Below, one piece after another: positions 41,152 to 54,320 of a stretch of DNA of 64,000 bases. Made by a program: the position numbers and the translations under genes. The stretch is from the NCBI GenBank assembly GCA_951406725.2, contig OX597823.1:13020001-13084000 (forward strand), in the 5' to 3' direction. The notes under the pieces were generated by a model. It did no database searches, was not told the DNA's origin, and saw only the letters and a list, made by a program, of their open reading frames with translations. Each line of letters opens with the position of its first letter. Position 1 is the first letter of the stretch. Source of the stretch: Octopus vulgaris. Taxonomy: Eukaryota.

Positions 41152-41764
41152 AAGCTATTTGCGCATCGATACAATCATGATGAGTAAAGACAAAAAAAGA
41201 CAATGTCGTGTACTTAGATACCTACATACTGACAATGGTAGTATATTGAATCTGACGACACCTACATGGTATTTTTTAGTATTAGGTTTCTTTTTTACTA
41301 CACTCCAATTTATATTTTATGGTGGAAAGCAAGATGTATGTGTATGCATCTGTTTTCGCTTGTGTCGAAGGCTCAGCTTCAAGTACATTTTACCAATTGG
41401 TTATAATTCTATCAATACCTTTCAACAGTGAGATTGTCAACATGAGAGGAGTGCACTCAAAACTATCCACTTTCGTAGAAGTGATCTTATTGATCCAAAA
41501 TGTAGCTTTCAGTTGGCCTTTGAATTTCTTCTCGTGTTCTCTATCCAGGCCTTTCATCACGGGAAAAAGTGTGTGAATGCGCTTTAATGATGTTGGCTCG
41601 AGAGAAAGTAGCTTTGACGAGATGAAGTCACCATAGGCGATGAATCAACACAGTAGATACATGCGTTTCAAGTATACGCCAATTGATTGCCTCATACTTG
41701 AATTATAGCGTGGATTAAATATTGTTGATGTTGCTGCATCAGAAGGTTTGAGGATGCACTTTTT

Positions 41765-42197
41765 CCTTTACTCTCTCTTTTTTTACTCTTTTTACTTGTT
41801 TCAGTCATTTGACTGCGGCCATGCTGGAGCAAATCGACCTTTAGTCGAGCAAATCGACCCCGGGACTTATTTCTTTGTAAGCCCAGTACTTATTGTATCG
41901 GTCTCTTTTGCCGAACCGCTAAGTGACGGGGCCGTAAACACACCAGCATCGGTTGTCAAGCAATGCTAGGGGGACAAACACAGACACACAAACACATACA
42001 CACACACACATATATATATATATATACATATATACGACAAGCTTCTTTCAGTTTCCATCTACCAAATCCACTCACAAGGCATTGGTCGGCCCGGGGCTAT
42101 AGCAGAAGACACTTGCCCAAGGTGCCACACAGTGGGACTGAACCCGGAACCATGTGGTTGGTTAGCAAGCTACTTACCACACAACCACTCCTGCGCC
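41765..42197 (-). mobile_element. SINE family A, full length
   Basis: Reverse complement of 28029-28460. Confidence 0.9.
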
Positions 42198-42783
42198 TTA
42201 CTGTTTTCTATTCTTTCCTTTTTATTTCTGCAGCTGCGTGGTGATTGCAGCGATCTTCTAGTGATGTTACTGGAGGTTCAGAATCCATGTTTTGCATCAG
42301 TACAAGACGATGAAATCTAGATTGCTCGGTAGGTAAAGAGAATATCAGAAAAAACAGCAATGTGTATTTAGAAAAGGTCACTTTCTTAGGCATAGTGTTT
42401 TCGGGAAGGTTTGGGTTTCATCTTTCAGAGGTAATTTGATTTGTCGCTTATTTCACTCAGTTGCGCTCGAGCAGAACAAATATAAAGGGTGCTGTATAAG
42501 AATCAATCCTTCTTTTATTTTTTCTGCTAGATCTAGTATGTGCTAATGCCATGCAGCAGTTGTTATTATAGTTGGTTATTAACTTCAGATCATCTGTGAA
42601 CGAGCAAACCTCTAATATATATACATATATATCGTTTTGGGATTTGGTTTGCAAGATTCTTTATATGAGTTCGTGTGTTGAAGCATATTCTGTTGTGTCT
42701 GGGGAGAGTCATTTTCTTTTAGTTCCTTATAATGTAACACAATCACCGGTAAAATTTTCTCTTTTTTTCTTATTTTTATTTTC

Positions 42784-42820
42784 CTAAAATTTTCGTTGGA
42801 TCTTGCAACCTTTTCAATAG
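42784..42820 (-). ncRNA. Minimal hammerhead-like motif, U3-A8 variant, in a ~200-bp insert (about 42632-42830) bordered by TA/TC repeats
   Basis: Minus strand CTA-TTGAAAA-G-GTTG-caagatc-CAAC-GAA-AATT-T-TAG. Confidence 0.45.
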
Positions 42821-42892
42821 TTTTGACTCTCGCTCTCTCTCTATATATATGTGTGTGTGTATGTGTGTCTTTGTGTATATACATACATACAC

Positions 42893-42979
<87 letters not shown>

Positions 42980-43200
42980 GTCAATTCAAAAGTCAGAGAA
43001 AAAAATAAGAAAATGAAAAAAAACCAACAGACGTGACAACGTAGCACAAGCAATGTATTAATATGACGCTTGGGAAAGAAGAGAGTGGTTTAACGTTTCG
43101 AGCATAGCTCTTCGTCGGAAGCAGGGAAAATAGGAAAGTCCAAAGAGAGAAGGAAGAATGAGGAAAAATCGACAACAGTCTACGTGCGGCTACCTTTCTA
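42980..43200 (-). mobile_element. Short hammerhead-bearing insert in (TA)n, H1-related
   Basis: Minus strand GCTT-CCGACGA-A-GAGC-tat-GCTC-GAAAC-GTT-AAAC at 43088-43122, followed by the shared TTCC.AAGCGT..ATATTAATACAT motif. Confidence 0.72.
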
Positions 43201-43208
43201 ATATATGT

Positions 43209-43261
<53 letters not shown>

Positions 43262-43902
43262 TTTGTTTCATTTGCTTTGATACATATATTTCAAGTATCA
43301 TCATCACTCAAGCACATACGAAATTAATTGACGCAATCTAGTTTGCCTCTGTACATTGTTGTGCGGGGGTAGAAAAATGTCGCATGAACCATCGGAAGAA
43401 TTTCAGACAGGAGACAAACATAAAAAAAGAGAAATAGAAAAAGATAAGAGTGACAACAGTGAGAAATTATCTATGGAAGGGGAGGAACGATAACATTAAA
43501 GTAAAGATACTAAATTAGTAAACAGATAATTAAATAATTGATTGAATAAGTATAGAGATAGGCAAGCAATCAGCTTTAGCTGAGAAGGAAAAGCGGGAAG
43601 GGAGGTGAAAGAAAATGAAAAGACGACAACTAAAATGGGATTAACCACCCTTGCTGATAAGATCATAAAGAACTGTTTCTCTTCTCCCTAGACAATAACA
43701 TTAAAAAAAAACACATCTATTAGTTGATTATCCGGTATTAATTGTCAAGTAATAAAACTGAAGTAAGATAAAGTTATATTCCAAGAATAAGAAATGCTTT
43801 CAGTGAAGAAGAGTGAAAGAAGTTTTCAGAGTGCTTCTTAGCAAGATGCGATGTCCCCCCCTTTCCAACAAAGTTCGTCGTGAGTGATGTATCGTATTAT
43901 TT

Positions 43903-44210
43903 GTGAAGGCGCGTAGTTTAGTGGTTAGGGTGTTTGGTTAACGATCATAAGGTCATGAGGTCAATCCCCGGCAATCCGTTGTGTCCTTCTGCAGGACACT
44001 TTACTTCACTTTGCTCCAGTCCACTCAGCTGGCGAAAAATGAATAGTATCTGTATTTCTATAGGTTCCAGCCTTGTAACATTCTGTGTCACGCTGCGTTA
44101 AGAGTACACATGTCAGTGGGTTGCTCAGCCAATTGCTACTTAATTTCACGAGCAGACTGTTTCGCTGATTGGATCAACTGAAAGCCTCGTCGTCGTAACC
44201 GACAGTGTCA
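43903..44210 (+). mobile_element. SINE family C
   Basis: Head GGCGCGTAGTTTAGTGGTTAGGG..GGTCAATCCCCGG; body TTCACTTTGCTCCAGTCCACTCAGCTGGC; tail CTCGTCGTCGTAACCGAC. Confidence 0.8.
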
Positions 44211-44884
44211 GTTATAATTTAATATTATTCAATACAATTTAATTAACCTTCAGAGTGGCTCCTTCTTGGGACCTGACAAGCTGCGTATTACGGAGACAGA
44301 CTATGTTAATTTACTAAGCCATACAGTACACTACGGTGTGAAATCAAAAGGATTTTAACTGTACTGTTCTTTTTGACCGTATTGTGACTGGCTCCATTTG
44401 CTTCAACTTGTAGTGACAATCTTTCATGCGGAGTACTAAAGAGGACTTTGAAGATGATGGAGTTTTATTTGCCGCAAGATAGAGTATCATTTGCTATTAT
44501 AGTAAAATAAGGGCCTATATTTATGAGAATTTGATAAACAGGGGGCGGGGAAGAGGTTCAGAAGAATGCACACTTCGTTCACACAGCTAGACATGGGGAT
44601 GGTTAGAAGATAAATTTTGCGATAAAAATCAGGGAAAGTCAATGAATTGAACGAAGTCATCGAAAGAGAATACACACAAGTAATAGACGAAATATTTCTT
44701 GATATTTCCGATTCCATTGTTTTGAAATGCCTGGACTCGATCGGTCGTAGGTCTGTAAACAGTCGTTCTAAAAAGAATTTTTAACTCTGTCATCAGATGC
44801 TAAGCCTTTAAATGAAATGTATGTTAACGAACAGTGACTTCACAATCTTTGAATGTTGAGCGTATATATGATTTGAAGACAGCT

Positions 44885-44959
<75 letters not shown>

Positions 44960-45067
44960 CGTATGTGTGTATAATATAGTGAAAATATTCATCTCCTACG
45001 TGGTGAATTCTAGCGAAAAATAATTAAAAAATGGGAAATGCAATATATATACATATATATATATATG

Positions 45068-45156
<89 letters not shown>

Positions 45157-45174
45157 ATATAAATTATTTACATT

Positions 45175-45205
45175 GTCGACCGTTTTCGCATTCGCTAATC
45201 ATGAC
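45175..45205 (-). ncRNA. Minimal hammerhead-like motif, A3-U8 variant
   Basis: Minus strand GTC-ATGATTA-GC-gaat-GC-GAAA-ACG-GTC-GAC, about 20 bp from a (TG)n/(TA)n tract. Confidence 0.4.
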
Positions 45206-45740
45206 TACGAAATTTCGTGCCATCATAAGAAATTTTCGCTTCATGTTCATAGGAGAAAAGTTATTTTGTAGATGAATCAGAAGGTAAATCATTTTTAGGA
45301 GAAGTAAATTGTGTCTGTTATTATTAGAAGAGGGGAGGTAATTACATTTTTTTTGAGAGGCGAACTGACTGTACCTAGATTGAGGTATTATAAATGTATG
45401 AATTAAAATACCCCCAACGTCCTAAATTGGTTGGGTTGATATTCATGCGCGGTTTGTTTTTTTCGGTAAACATAGACTATTTAATCGTTGTTGTATAGAA
45501 GTTGTTTTATTGTAGTGGTAAATACGAGAAAGTGTGAAGTGTGGTTGGAGTCGCCCCGGACATCTCTCAATGTGTTCATTTAATCGTATTTTTTCTAGAT
45601 CATGGGAAACGGATCTCTTTCTTATGCAGTGTTGCTCTCCATCTGAGAAACATTCTTCATTCACCTATACGATCGCATTCCAAATCCTGAAGAAGTAAGT
45701 TTTCGGATGCACAGGTAAAATCAGCCTTGACTACGAATAA

Positions 45741-45780
<40 letters not shown>

Positions 45781-47907
45781 CATGAAAGCATGTAATTGTT
45801 CAACATCAGTGGAATTTTAAGTAGGATGTTTGTATATTGATGACCATGCATACATATTATGCTACTTGGGAGAACGCACCAGTGTCAGAATTTGGTGTAA
45901 ACACACAATCCACCTAAAGATTCCTTTGAAAACCACCTTTTAAAATTCATGTTGTGGTGAGTCGGTCAATTTCTACATTCCACTTTTGAATGTTTGCTTG
46001 TATTTTCCTTAGTCCAGAAGGCTCGTCGTACACTTCAACCTATTACATCACGTTGAAATATTGTCTGCTTATCGAGGGGTTGCTTGCAGTAACATTTCCT
46101 TCTCCTTTCTATATGACTCAGTTTATTGAGAGCGTGGCTTCAACAACGTTTGACATGATGGCTAATGATTTTTAAGAGTGTCTTGACACTACAAAAGGGA
46201 ATCATTTGCAGAGTGCTGTGTGTTTGTAACCTGAAAGCTGAGGGGTTGCAGAAAATAAAACCGTACAGCTAATCTCCGATTATAATGCAATCAAAGGGGG
46301 TTCAGAATGTATTACAATTCATATAAATTCTCTGTCTCTACAAGTATCATATGTATTTCTCGGCAGAATGTTAGTTCATAATACTTTGCATATTTATAAA
46401 ATAGCCACCCGGGTTTTCTAGTTTTTTATTAAAATTTCTATGACATATTACTTCTACTTAATACTTTAACATTCTACAAATATATAAAGTCATCTTCTAA
46501 CTGAAATGGAGCATGGGATCGGTGTATGGGCGAATTAATTACAATTGCAAACAAAACTGCAATATTTAGATTACATTTCAAATTGGTTCTTCGCTTCAGA
46601 AAATATATACGCCTGTAGAAAAATCATATTGCTTACTTAGTGTAGTGGCTACTCAAGTTATCTTTATATAAATGTCATATAAATTGATGTACTACGGTTA
46701 ATTAATATCTCGTAATTACCTGTTTACTAATTTCTAGTTTCATCAGAAGTAGCAATGTGATGAAGTCAAAGATTTGTGAATAAACTTTTCCACACCTTCT
46801 ATCAAAGAAAAATAATAAATAGAGAAATGAAATGTAATTAGATATACAACATTAAAAAACTTTAAATTAAACAAAATTTGTGATTAATTGATATATATTC
46901 AACATGATTTTAAAATACGTTTTTGGCTTATGATTTCAGATCATGTATACTAAAATATGGGATGAAAAGCAACGAAAGTTTAATTTAGAAATTTGCTGAT
47001 GTAAAATGATGCATGAATGAGCTTTACAAATAACCAAAAAGAGAAAACTAGACAGGTGAACTCATCTTCGTTATGTGAGAAAAAGTGAAAGCCCAATGGA
47101 ACAATAATAAAATCAACAAAGCTGGCAAAGCCTCTGAAGAAAATAGATACATATATATTCAATGATAATGATAACAATTAAGAGTCATGTCAGGGATATT
47201 TTAATTAAATTTGAGTTGGTAGAAAGGCTACCTCATTCCATTATATTCAGTTACACAGTTCGAACTTCAGAAATCCACGTTGATTTCCTCTGTGATGTAA
47301 TCGATAAGTTAGGTATCAATACTCAGTAATAAACCTGAATGAGTTTATTTTTAATTCACCCTTCCTATGATACGGGGAATTCAATAGTCCATATAGAACT
47401 TCTCGAAAACCGATAGCATTGTGATAAGAGATGAATGAAATGAAATTAAGAATCTTTTGGCATCATAGATATAATCCAGTCCATAGACATTTCTAAAGGC
47501 TGTGTACTATGCCTTAAAGGGAATAATTACATTTATGACTTCTCAAACATTCTCTGTCATATAAGATGGGAATACCTCAAATGAAAGTATTATATTGATG
47601 TGCCTTTGATCGTGACCTCATGCAACTATAAAGGACAAAAATATCAATGGACTTCAAAATATCATATGACAGCGAATTTTATGTAATAGAAATAGTAAGA
47701 ACAAAGAGGTTGTATTATTATACATACATACATATTCACATATATACATATATGCACATATATATATATGTCCTTACATATCTGTCATTGTGTACGTGCC
47801 TGTATGTGTGCTATGCAGGCATGAATCTATGTATGTCTGCATGTATGTACATGCGTACATGTTTCTATGTATGTACATATGCATGTATAAGTTCATGTAT
47901 ATGTATA

Positions 47908-47939
<32 letters not shown>

Positions 47940-47944
47940 CATAC

Positions 47945-48051
<107 letters not shown>

Positions 48052-48545
48052 TATGAAATTAATTTAGGCATATATATATATATATATGTGCGTGTGAGTG
48101 TATGTGTGTTTGTGTGTGCGTGCGCATGCATGTTTGTGTGTGTGTGTGTGTTTGTGCGTGTGTGTGTATGAATAAGTTTAAAAAAGAACATTCAGCATGC
48201 TTTGAAAGATGTACATAATTCGTTTGAGTAAGAAGCATATAAAGAAGCATAGTGTAAAACAAAAACGGAATATCCTCGGTAACGGATTAGCAGAATAATG
48301 AAGATCAGTCAGGGAAGAGAATAAGAAGAGACATTCTAGCAAGATGCTTTCACATTGGAAGGTAAGGCATATACGGAATATGATTTTCTCAGAATAGTGA
48401 ATATATTACAGTTGCCAATCAGTGATATATCCATTAGATATGAAAGCTGTTCAGCAATATATCATAGACGTGATGCTAGAATACTTCATAGCAAAAATAT
48501 ATTGGTTACACTAGTACACACTAATACTACCTCCACGTATATATT

Positions 48546-48610
<65 letters not shown>

Positions 48611-48612
<2 letters not shown>

Positions 48613-48840
48613 TGACGCCATGATAGATCGTTAGCCACTACACACACATTTTTTTTCTCTTTTTTTCTCTCTCATCTTTTCACTCCATTTTTTCTCTCCT
48701 TGTTTTTTCTGTATCCTTTTCATTAGAAGAGCGTAGGCTCGAAACGTAAAAGACTTTTTTCTATTCCTGAGCGTTATACTAATACATCTGTTTGTTTTGT
48801 ACACCACTTGTCTTCGTCTTTTGTTTTTTTCGTAAACTCT

Positions 48841-48843
<3 letters not shown>
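48611..48843 (+). mobile_element. Short hammerhead-bearing insert in (TA)n, family H2
   Basis: CTTTT-CATTAGA-A-GAGC-gtag-GCTC-GAAAC-GTA-AAAG at 48716-48752, then TTCCTGAGCGTTATACTAATACAT; perfect TA runs on both sides. Confidence 0.72.
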
Positions 48844-48894
<51 letters not shown>

Positions 48895-49249
48895 GTGTGT
48901 GTGTGTGTATGTATGTACATACTTACGTACATACATATATATATATTTAAGTATATGCTTATGAAAATATAATTATAAATAAGGGCGCTGGAGAACCAAC
49001 GCCTATACGCTAGAAGTAGATGTCAAATATCTACAACCCACTCGAAATTTCTTTTCGTTTTATTACACAAACTTGAATGCGAGGGAATGGACAAGAAAAT
49101 TTGCAAAAGTTCCATGTTCGGCCCTCGAGTTGGCCTTCCAGATCCCTTAATTATAATTATCTTTTTATAATCATATACTTAAGAGTTAATTTTTACCGAT
49201 ATGGTGGGGTTTTTTTTATACGCTAGCCACTGAAATATTCATTTCAATG

Positions 49250-49331
<82 letters not shown>

Positions 49332-49339
49332 TATACATG

Positions 49340-50620
49340 GATTACATGGGAAAATGCGAGTAAGAAAAATAGTATTCATCAGATTATAAACCTGTAAAAT
49401 TACAGGACAAGTTATTACGCAAGGAAAAGTTCAGGACAACTTATTACATCTGGTAAAGAACAGAACAAGAAAAAAATTTCTTAAAATGTTGCAGCGAAGG
49501 ATAAAATCTGAATATTAAAAATTATTTGATTTTAATTTACCAAGTAACGTTATAATTAAAAAAGATACCATCATTTTGTTAAAATATTGATACACTATAT
49601 TACTTAAACAATGATAGCCAGAAGCATCAATATAGCTAAGATTTTATGCAAAGTAGAATAGTATATATGGTAGGCAAGTTCATTGTATAAAAGATAGGCA
49701 TTGGATGAAGACTAAAGATGTGAAGACTTGGCAATAACTTAGGCAATAACTAAACATATTTTACCGTGAATGTGTTTTTATAGGTAGATTTTACTGTAAT
49801 ATATAATTAATTTCTGTATTCTGTTTATTGCAATAATTATATACTACTATCATTTTTTATAACCTATTTTTAATTTTCTAATTATGAATTAATAATTTTA
49901 AAAGTGAATTTTTAAAGTGAAAAAATATTTTGACTTTATTTTTATTTTTAATAGAAGTAACAAGAAATAGAAATAACAACTTGTATTAAATTATAACTTG
50001 TAATAAAATTTTAAGTTTTAATAAAAATCTAAATATTTATTTGAAATTTTATCCTTCGCTGCAATATTTTAAGCAAACATTTTCTTGTAGTATAGATTGT
50101 TTGCCAACACAGCATGGTAGTCCCAGTTTAGGACTAATGTTGCTGTAATTTAGTCCGAGGAGACATCGTCTCCAGCAGACTATATGATACGGTCTGTGTC
50201 CTTATATTTTCGAACAAGGGAATCTAGCACCGCCACTCAGCTCAAAACGATATTTGTGTATCACGATGTCTGTGTTATTTCTCTTCATCAGCAGAGAATA
50301 CTTCGAAAATATAAGGACACAGCTCGTGTCGTATGGCCAGCTGGAGACAATGCCTCCTGGGTCTAAATTACAGCAACATTAGTCCTAAGTCAGGACTGCC
50401 ATGTTGTATTAGCAAACAATCTTTACTACAAAGTACTGTTGTTGAATATTTCACGTTGTGAAATTTAAAACTAGTAATTCTCTAAAAGTTTCTTGTTCTG
50501 TACTTTACCAGATGAAATCAGCAGTCCTGAACTTTTGCGAGTGTAATAACTTGTCCTGTAATTTTCCAGGTTAGTAATCTTAGGAATATTATTTCTCTTG
50601 CTCGCATTTTGCCATGTAAT
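49340..50620. mobile_element. Foldback/MITE-like element with ~190-bp inverted arms, right arm interrupted
   Basis: 49340-49475 pairs with 50488-50620 (e.g. AAAATTACAGGACAAGTTATTAC / GTAATAACTTGTCCTGTAATTTT); 49476-49510 pairs with 50045-50075. Confidence 0.75.
50086..50430. mobile_element. Palindromic MITE (~130-bp arms) nested in the foldback element
   Basis: AGATTGTTTGC..TTAGGACTAATGTTGCTGTAATTTAG..CTGTGTCCTTATATTTTCGAA vs TTCGAAAATATAAGGACACAG..CTAAATTACAGCAACATTAGTCCTAA..GCAAACAATCT. Confidence 0.82.
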
Positions 50621-50850
50621 GTACAGTTGTGTGCGTGTGTGTGCTTGCTCGCAGGAGAATGTATTTTTTTCTTTTCTTTTCTACTTGTTTTACTCAATTG
50701 TCTGCAGCCATTCTTCCTGGGTGAACGCCTTAAAGAAATTTGATGAAACGAACCGACCGCAGTACACTCTACGCTTCGTGCTTATCGGTCTATTTTACTA
50801 AACCACCAAGTTAGGGTGACTTAACGACGCCAACAGCGGTTATCTAGCGG

Positions 50851-51176
50851 CTTCAGTCCCACTGCGTGGCACCTTGGGCAAGTGTCTTCTGCTATAGCAT
50901 CTGGCTGACCAAAGTGGATTTGGTAGACGGAAACTGAAAGAAGGCCATCGTATATATGTATATATATGTATGTATGTATGTATGTGTGTGTATACATTTG
51001 TGTGTCTGTGCTTGCCCCCCCAACATCGCTTGACAACCGATGCTGGTGTGTTTACGTCCTCGTAACTTAGCGGGTCAAGTACTAGGATTACAAAGAATAA
51101 GTCCTGGGGTCGATTAGCTCGACTAAAAGCGGTGCTGCAGCATGGCCACAGTCAAATGACTGAAACAAGTAAAAGT
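50851..51176 (+). mobile_element. SINE family A, 5'-truncated
   Basis: Starts at TTCAGTCCCACTGCGTGGCACC, ends GACTGAAACAAGTAAAAG. Confidence 0.85.
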
Positions 51177-51180
51177 GATA

Positions 51181-51562
51181 TCTTTATATATAAAAGAGAG
51201 GTTGTGTGCTGTCTGTCTCCTACGATTTAGATTCCTAACTACTCCCACATTTTGCGGTGCAGTTTAACCCAAACCGGGATTCATATCGAGCCCTTCTGGG
51301 TATTAGCGCGCGTCTACGATGAATCTACCATTTAAAAAAGAATTTACCATCAATTTTTCCCATATTTTAATGCATTTGTGTCATATATAAGGGAAGTAAC
51401 TCTCTAAAAATTTATTATTAAATCTCAGAACGTAAAAAGCTACGGTAACCCGCCCCGCTTTGTGGTTAGCCATATTGAGATGGCTATTATACTTTACATC
51501 TCTAAAAATGCTTATATAGTTATTTCCTTACAAACCCGAGCAACGCCGGGCGATACTGCTAG
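51181..51562 (+). mobile_element. Non-autonomous Helitron, copy 2
   Basis: A^TCTTTATATATAAAAG ... CCCGAGCAACGCCGGG CGATACTG CTAG^T; homologous to 845-1244. Confidence 0.87.
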
Positions 51563-51810
51563 TAAATAATATTTATGATTGCATTTTCGAACGATCGCTT
51601 CAGTGTTGCCTAAGATACAGCTACCGTTCTTGTATCAACATTTCATCAGTGACAAATATCCGCGAAATCAAACAAATATGAATGAAACAGCATAAACATG
51701 TAATCTAATTTTAAAAAAAGGATTAAGATATACGTGATAGGAACATGAATGATGTTAACATCAGATTGAACGGGGAAAATGCATTGTATTCTTATTTAAT
51801 ATTTAAGCAT

Positions 51811-52226
51811 TACTCTTTACTCTTTACTCTTTTACTTGTTTTAGTCATTTGACTGCGGCCATGCTGGAGCACCGCCTTTTTTTTAAATCGAGCAGCTCGA
51901 CCCCGGGACTTATTCTTTTGTAAGCCCAGTACTTATTCTATCGGTCTCTTTTGCCGAACCGCTAATTAACGGGGACATAAACACACCAGCATCGGTTGTC
52001 AAGCAATGCTAGGGGGACAAACACAGACACACAAACACACCCACGCATATATATATATATACATATATAAGACGGGCTTCTTTCAGTTTCCGTCTACCAA
52101 ATCCACTCACAAGGCTTTAGTCGGCCCGAGGCTATAGTAGAAGACACTTGCCCAAGATGCCACACAGTGGGACTGAACCCGGAACCATGTGGTTGTTAAA
52201 CAAGCTACTTACCACACAGACACTCC
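51811..52226 (-). mobile_element. SINE family A
   Basis: Reverse complement of family A consensus. Confidence 0.88.
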
Positions 52227-52969
52227 ATTATGATCTTATTTGATATTTAATTATTTTTATTAACTATCGAAATAAATTAATTTTCTTATCCATTACAGAC
52301 TGCATATCGCAACAGGTTAGTAAGTTCAGAAATATAAAAAATTAGCAATACATTTTCATCCGCCATGTTTCGTTCTCATTTTATTTGTTTTCATCATCTA
52401 AGAACATTCGAGAGAGAACATATTTACAACGTCTATCGTTAAAAACCTACATCGGTGAAGACCAATAATTTATGTCGTAAGAAACGCCCTTGCATAGAAA
52501 AGAAAATTCTAATTCCACTCCTCAATGGTTCAAGTTTGAAACGCCCAGTTTCGATATTTTCTCGTTTTTATCTATTCTTAATCTGTAACTTGCTTAATTT
52601 CCAAGTGTTTTTCCACAGTCATTTATATTGGACATTTATCTTCTTTACTATCAATGTTTTCTCTTATCCTGTAGATGCGACGCTCTCTCACGAATTTGTT
52701 AGGAAACCGTGTCATGCACAACATTTTAAACTACATTTATACATATATATATATATATATATATGTGTGTGTCTGTGTGTGTGTGTGTGTGTGCGTGCGT
52801 GTGTGTGTGCGTGTGTGTATGTGTGTGTTCTTTGCATATACATATATATATGTATATATGTATGCATATGTATAAGTATAAATATGTATCCTTCCGCTTA
52901 TCAACAATCTACCTATCTATCTGTCTGTCTCTCTCTATATATATACATCTATATGTATGTATGTGTGTG

Positions 52970-53022
<53 letters not shown>

Positions 53023-53159
53023 CTTTGTACAAATACATATTTTTAATATAATTCTATTGTTGTTTTCATTATATCACCCTTTATAAAATATGTTCGCTCT
53101 TACTATATCTAACTCTCATCCTCTCAATATATTTCCTCTCTCTCTCTGTCTTTCTTTCA

Positions 53160-53231
<72 letters not shown>

Positions 53232-53233
<2 letters not shown>

Positions 53234-53431
53234 TTAATCCAAATATAAAGACACAAAGAGAAAACACAACAACGCGCGAGGACGTGGAACAAGACGCTCA
53301 GGAAAGAAGGAAAGAAAGAAGGTTTAACGTTTCGAACGGAGCTCTTCGTCAGAAACATAGGAAAAGGAAAGATCCAAAGAAGGGAAGACGGGGAAAAAAT
53401 GGCCAACGGTACACACGTGGTCACATTTTGA

Positions 53432-53432
<1 letters not shown>
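53232..53432 (-). mobile_element. Short hammerhead-bearing insert in (TA)n, family H1, canonical core
   Basis: 201-bp insert between perfect TA runs; homologous to 31090-31297. Confidence 0.8.
53322..53356 (-). ncRNA. Minimal type I hammerhead ribozyme
   Basis: GUUU-CUGACGA-A-GAGC-ucc-GUUC-GAAAC-GUU-AAAC: canonical CUGANGA and GAAA boxes, 4-bp stems I and II, self-complementary ACGU stem III, GUU cleavage triplet. Confidence 0.72.
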
Positions 53433-53465
<33 letters not shown>

Positions 53466-53994
53466 GGAGTGTATGTGTGTATAAATGTGTGTGTGTGTGT
53501 GCTACATACAAACACTTATATTACGCATATAGGAAGTGACTTTGTTTTTCTATTTTACTTACATAATGTCCTATTACCAAATAAACAAGAAATAGCTCCT
53601 CTATAGTATAGGTTTTGTATGTAAAATTTGTTTCTGATCGTTCGTGTCCTTCCACTTCAATGTCTGAAGAGAAGAACATATGTTGCACGCTGTAAACCCA
53701 GTCCATCCTATTGACACAGACACGTTGTATAGTGTAATCAAAACGCCTTATGATTTAACATATCCTAGTATTCATTAAACCATAACTTCATTGTATCCAT
53801 GACTAGATTGCATAGCATGTTCCTTATGAATCAAAGCTGTATTTCTAATGAAATAAGAGCAAGTGGTCTTACTACTAATACTACTACTCCTTCTAGTATA
53901 ATGATTCACCACATAATGGTTATATCATTGGCACGAGAGAAATAATTGAGCTAAGAGCTGAAATGTGAAGTGAACATAAAATAAAAATAAATAA

Positions 53995-54243
53995 ATGCGC
54001 CCGTTTTAAAGCCTCGCCAGGTTCATGGGCCCGGTTTCCCGGTTTCTATGGTGTATGTGTTCCCCAGCTGGACGGAACGCCAGTCCATCGCAGCGTTACT
54101 CACTTTTACCAGCTGAGTGGACTGGAGCAATGTGAAATGAAGTGTTTTGCTCAAGAACACAACGTGTCGCCCGGTCCAGGAATCAAAACCACAAACTTAC
54201 GATCATGATGCTGACACCCTAACAAATAGACCACGCACCTCCA
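53995..54243 (-). mobile_element. SINE family C-related (tRNA head and CORE-like body, different tail)
   Basis: CCAGCTGAGTGGACTGGAGCAATGTGAAATGAAGTGTTTTGCTCAAGAACACAAC..GGAATCAAAACC. Confidence 0.75.
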
Positions 54244-54320
54244 CAAAGTGATCATAGTTCGCTCGAGATTTGTATAGAATGCCTAGTGGTATTGGTTCAG
54301 ACTATTGATCCGCATACTTA

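Noticed and set aside
52665-52706. Hammerhead-like CTGTAGA..GCGA/TCAC..GAATTTGTT (also the 30851-30890 minus-strand GGCC/GACC-GAAAC)
   Set aside because: Several core and stem mismatches; not distinguishable from chance
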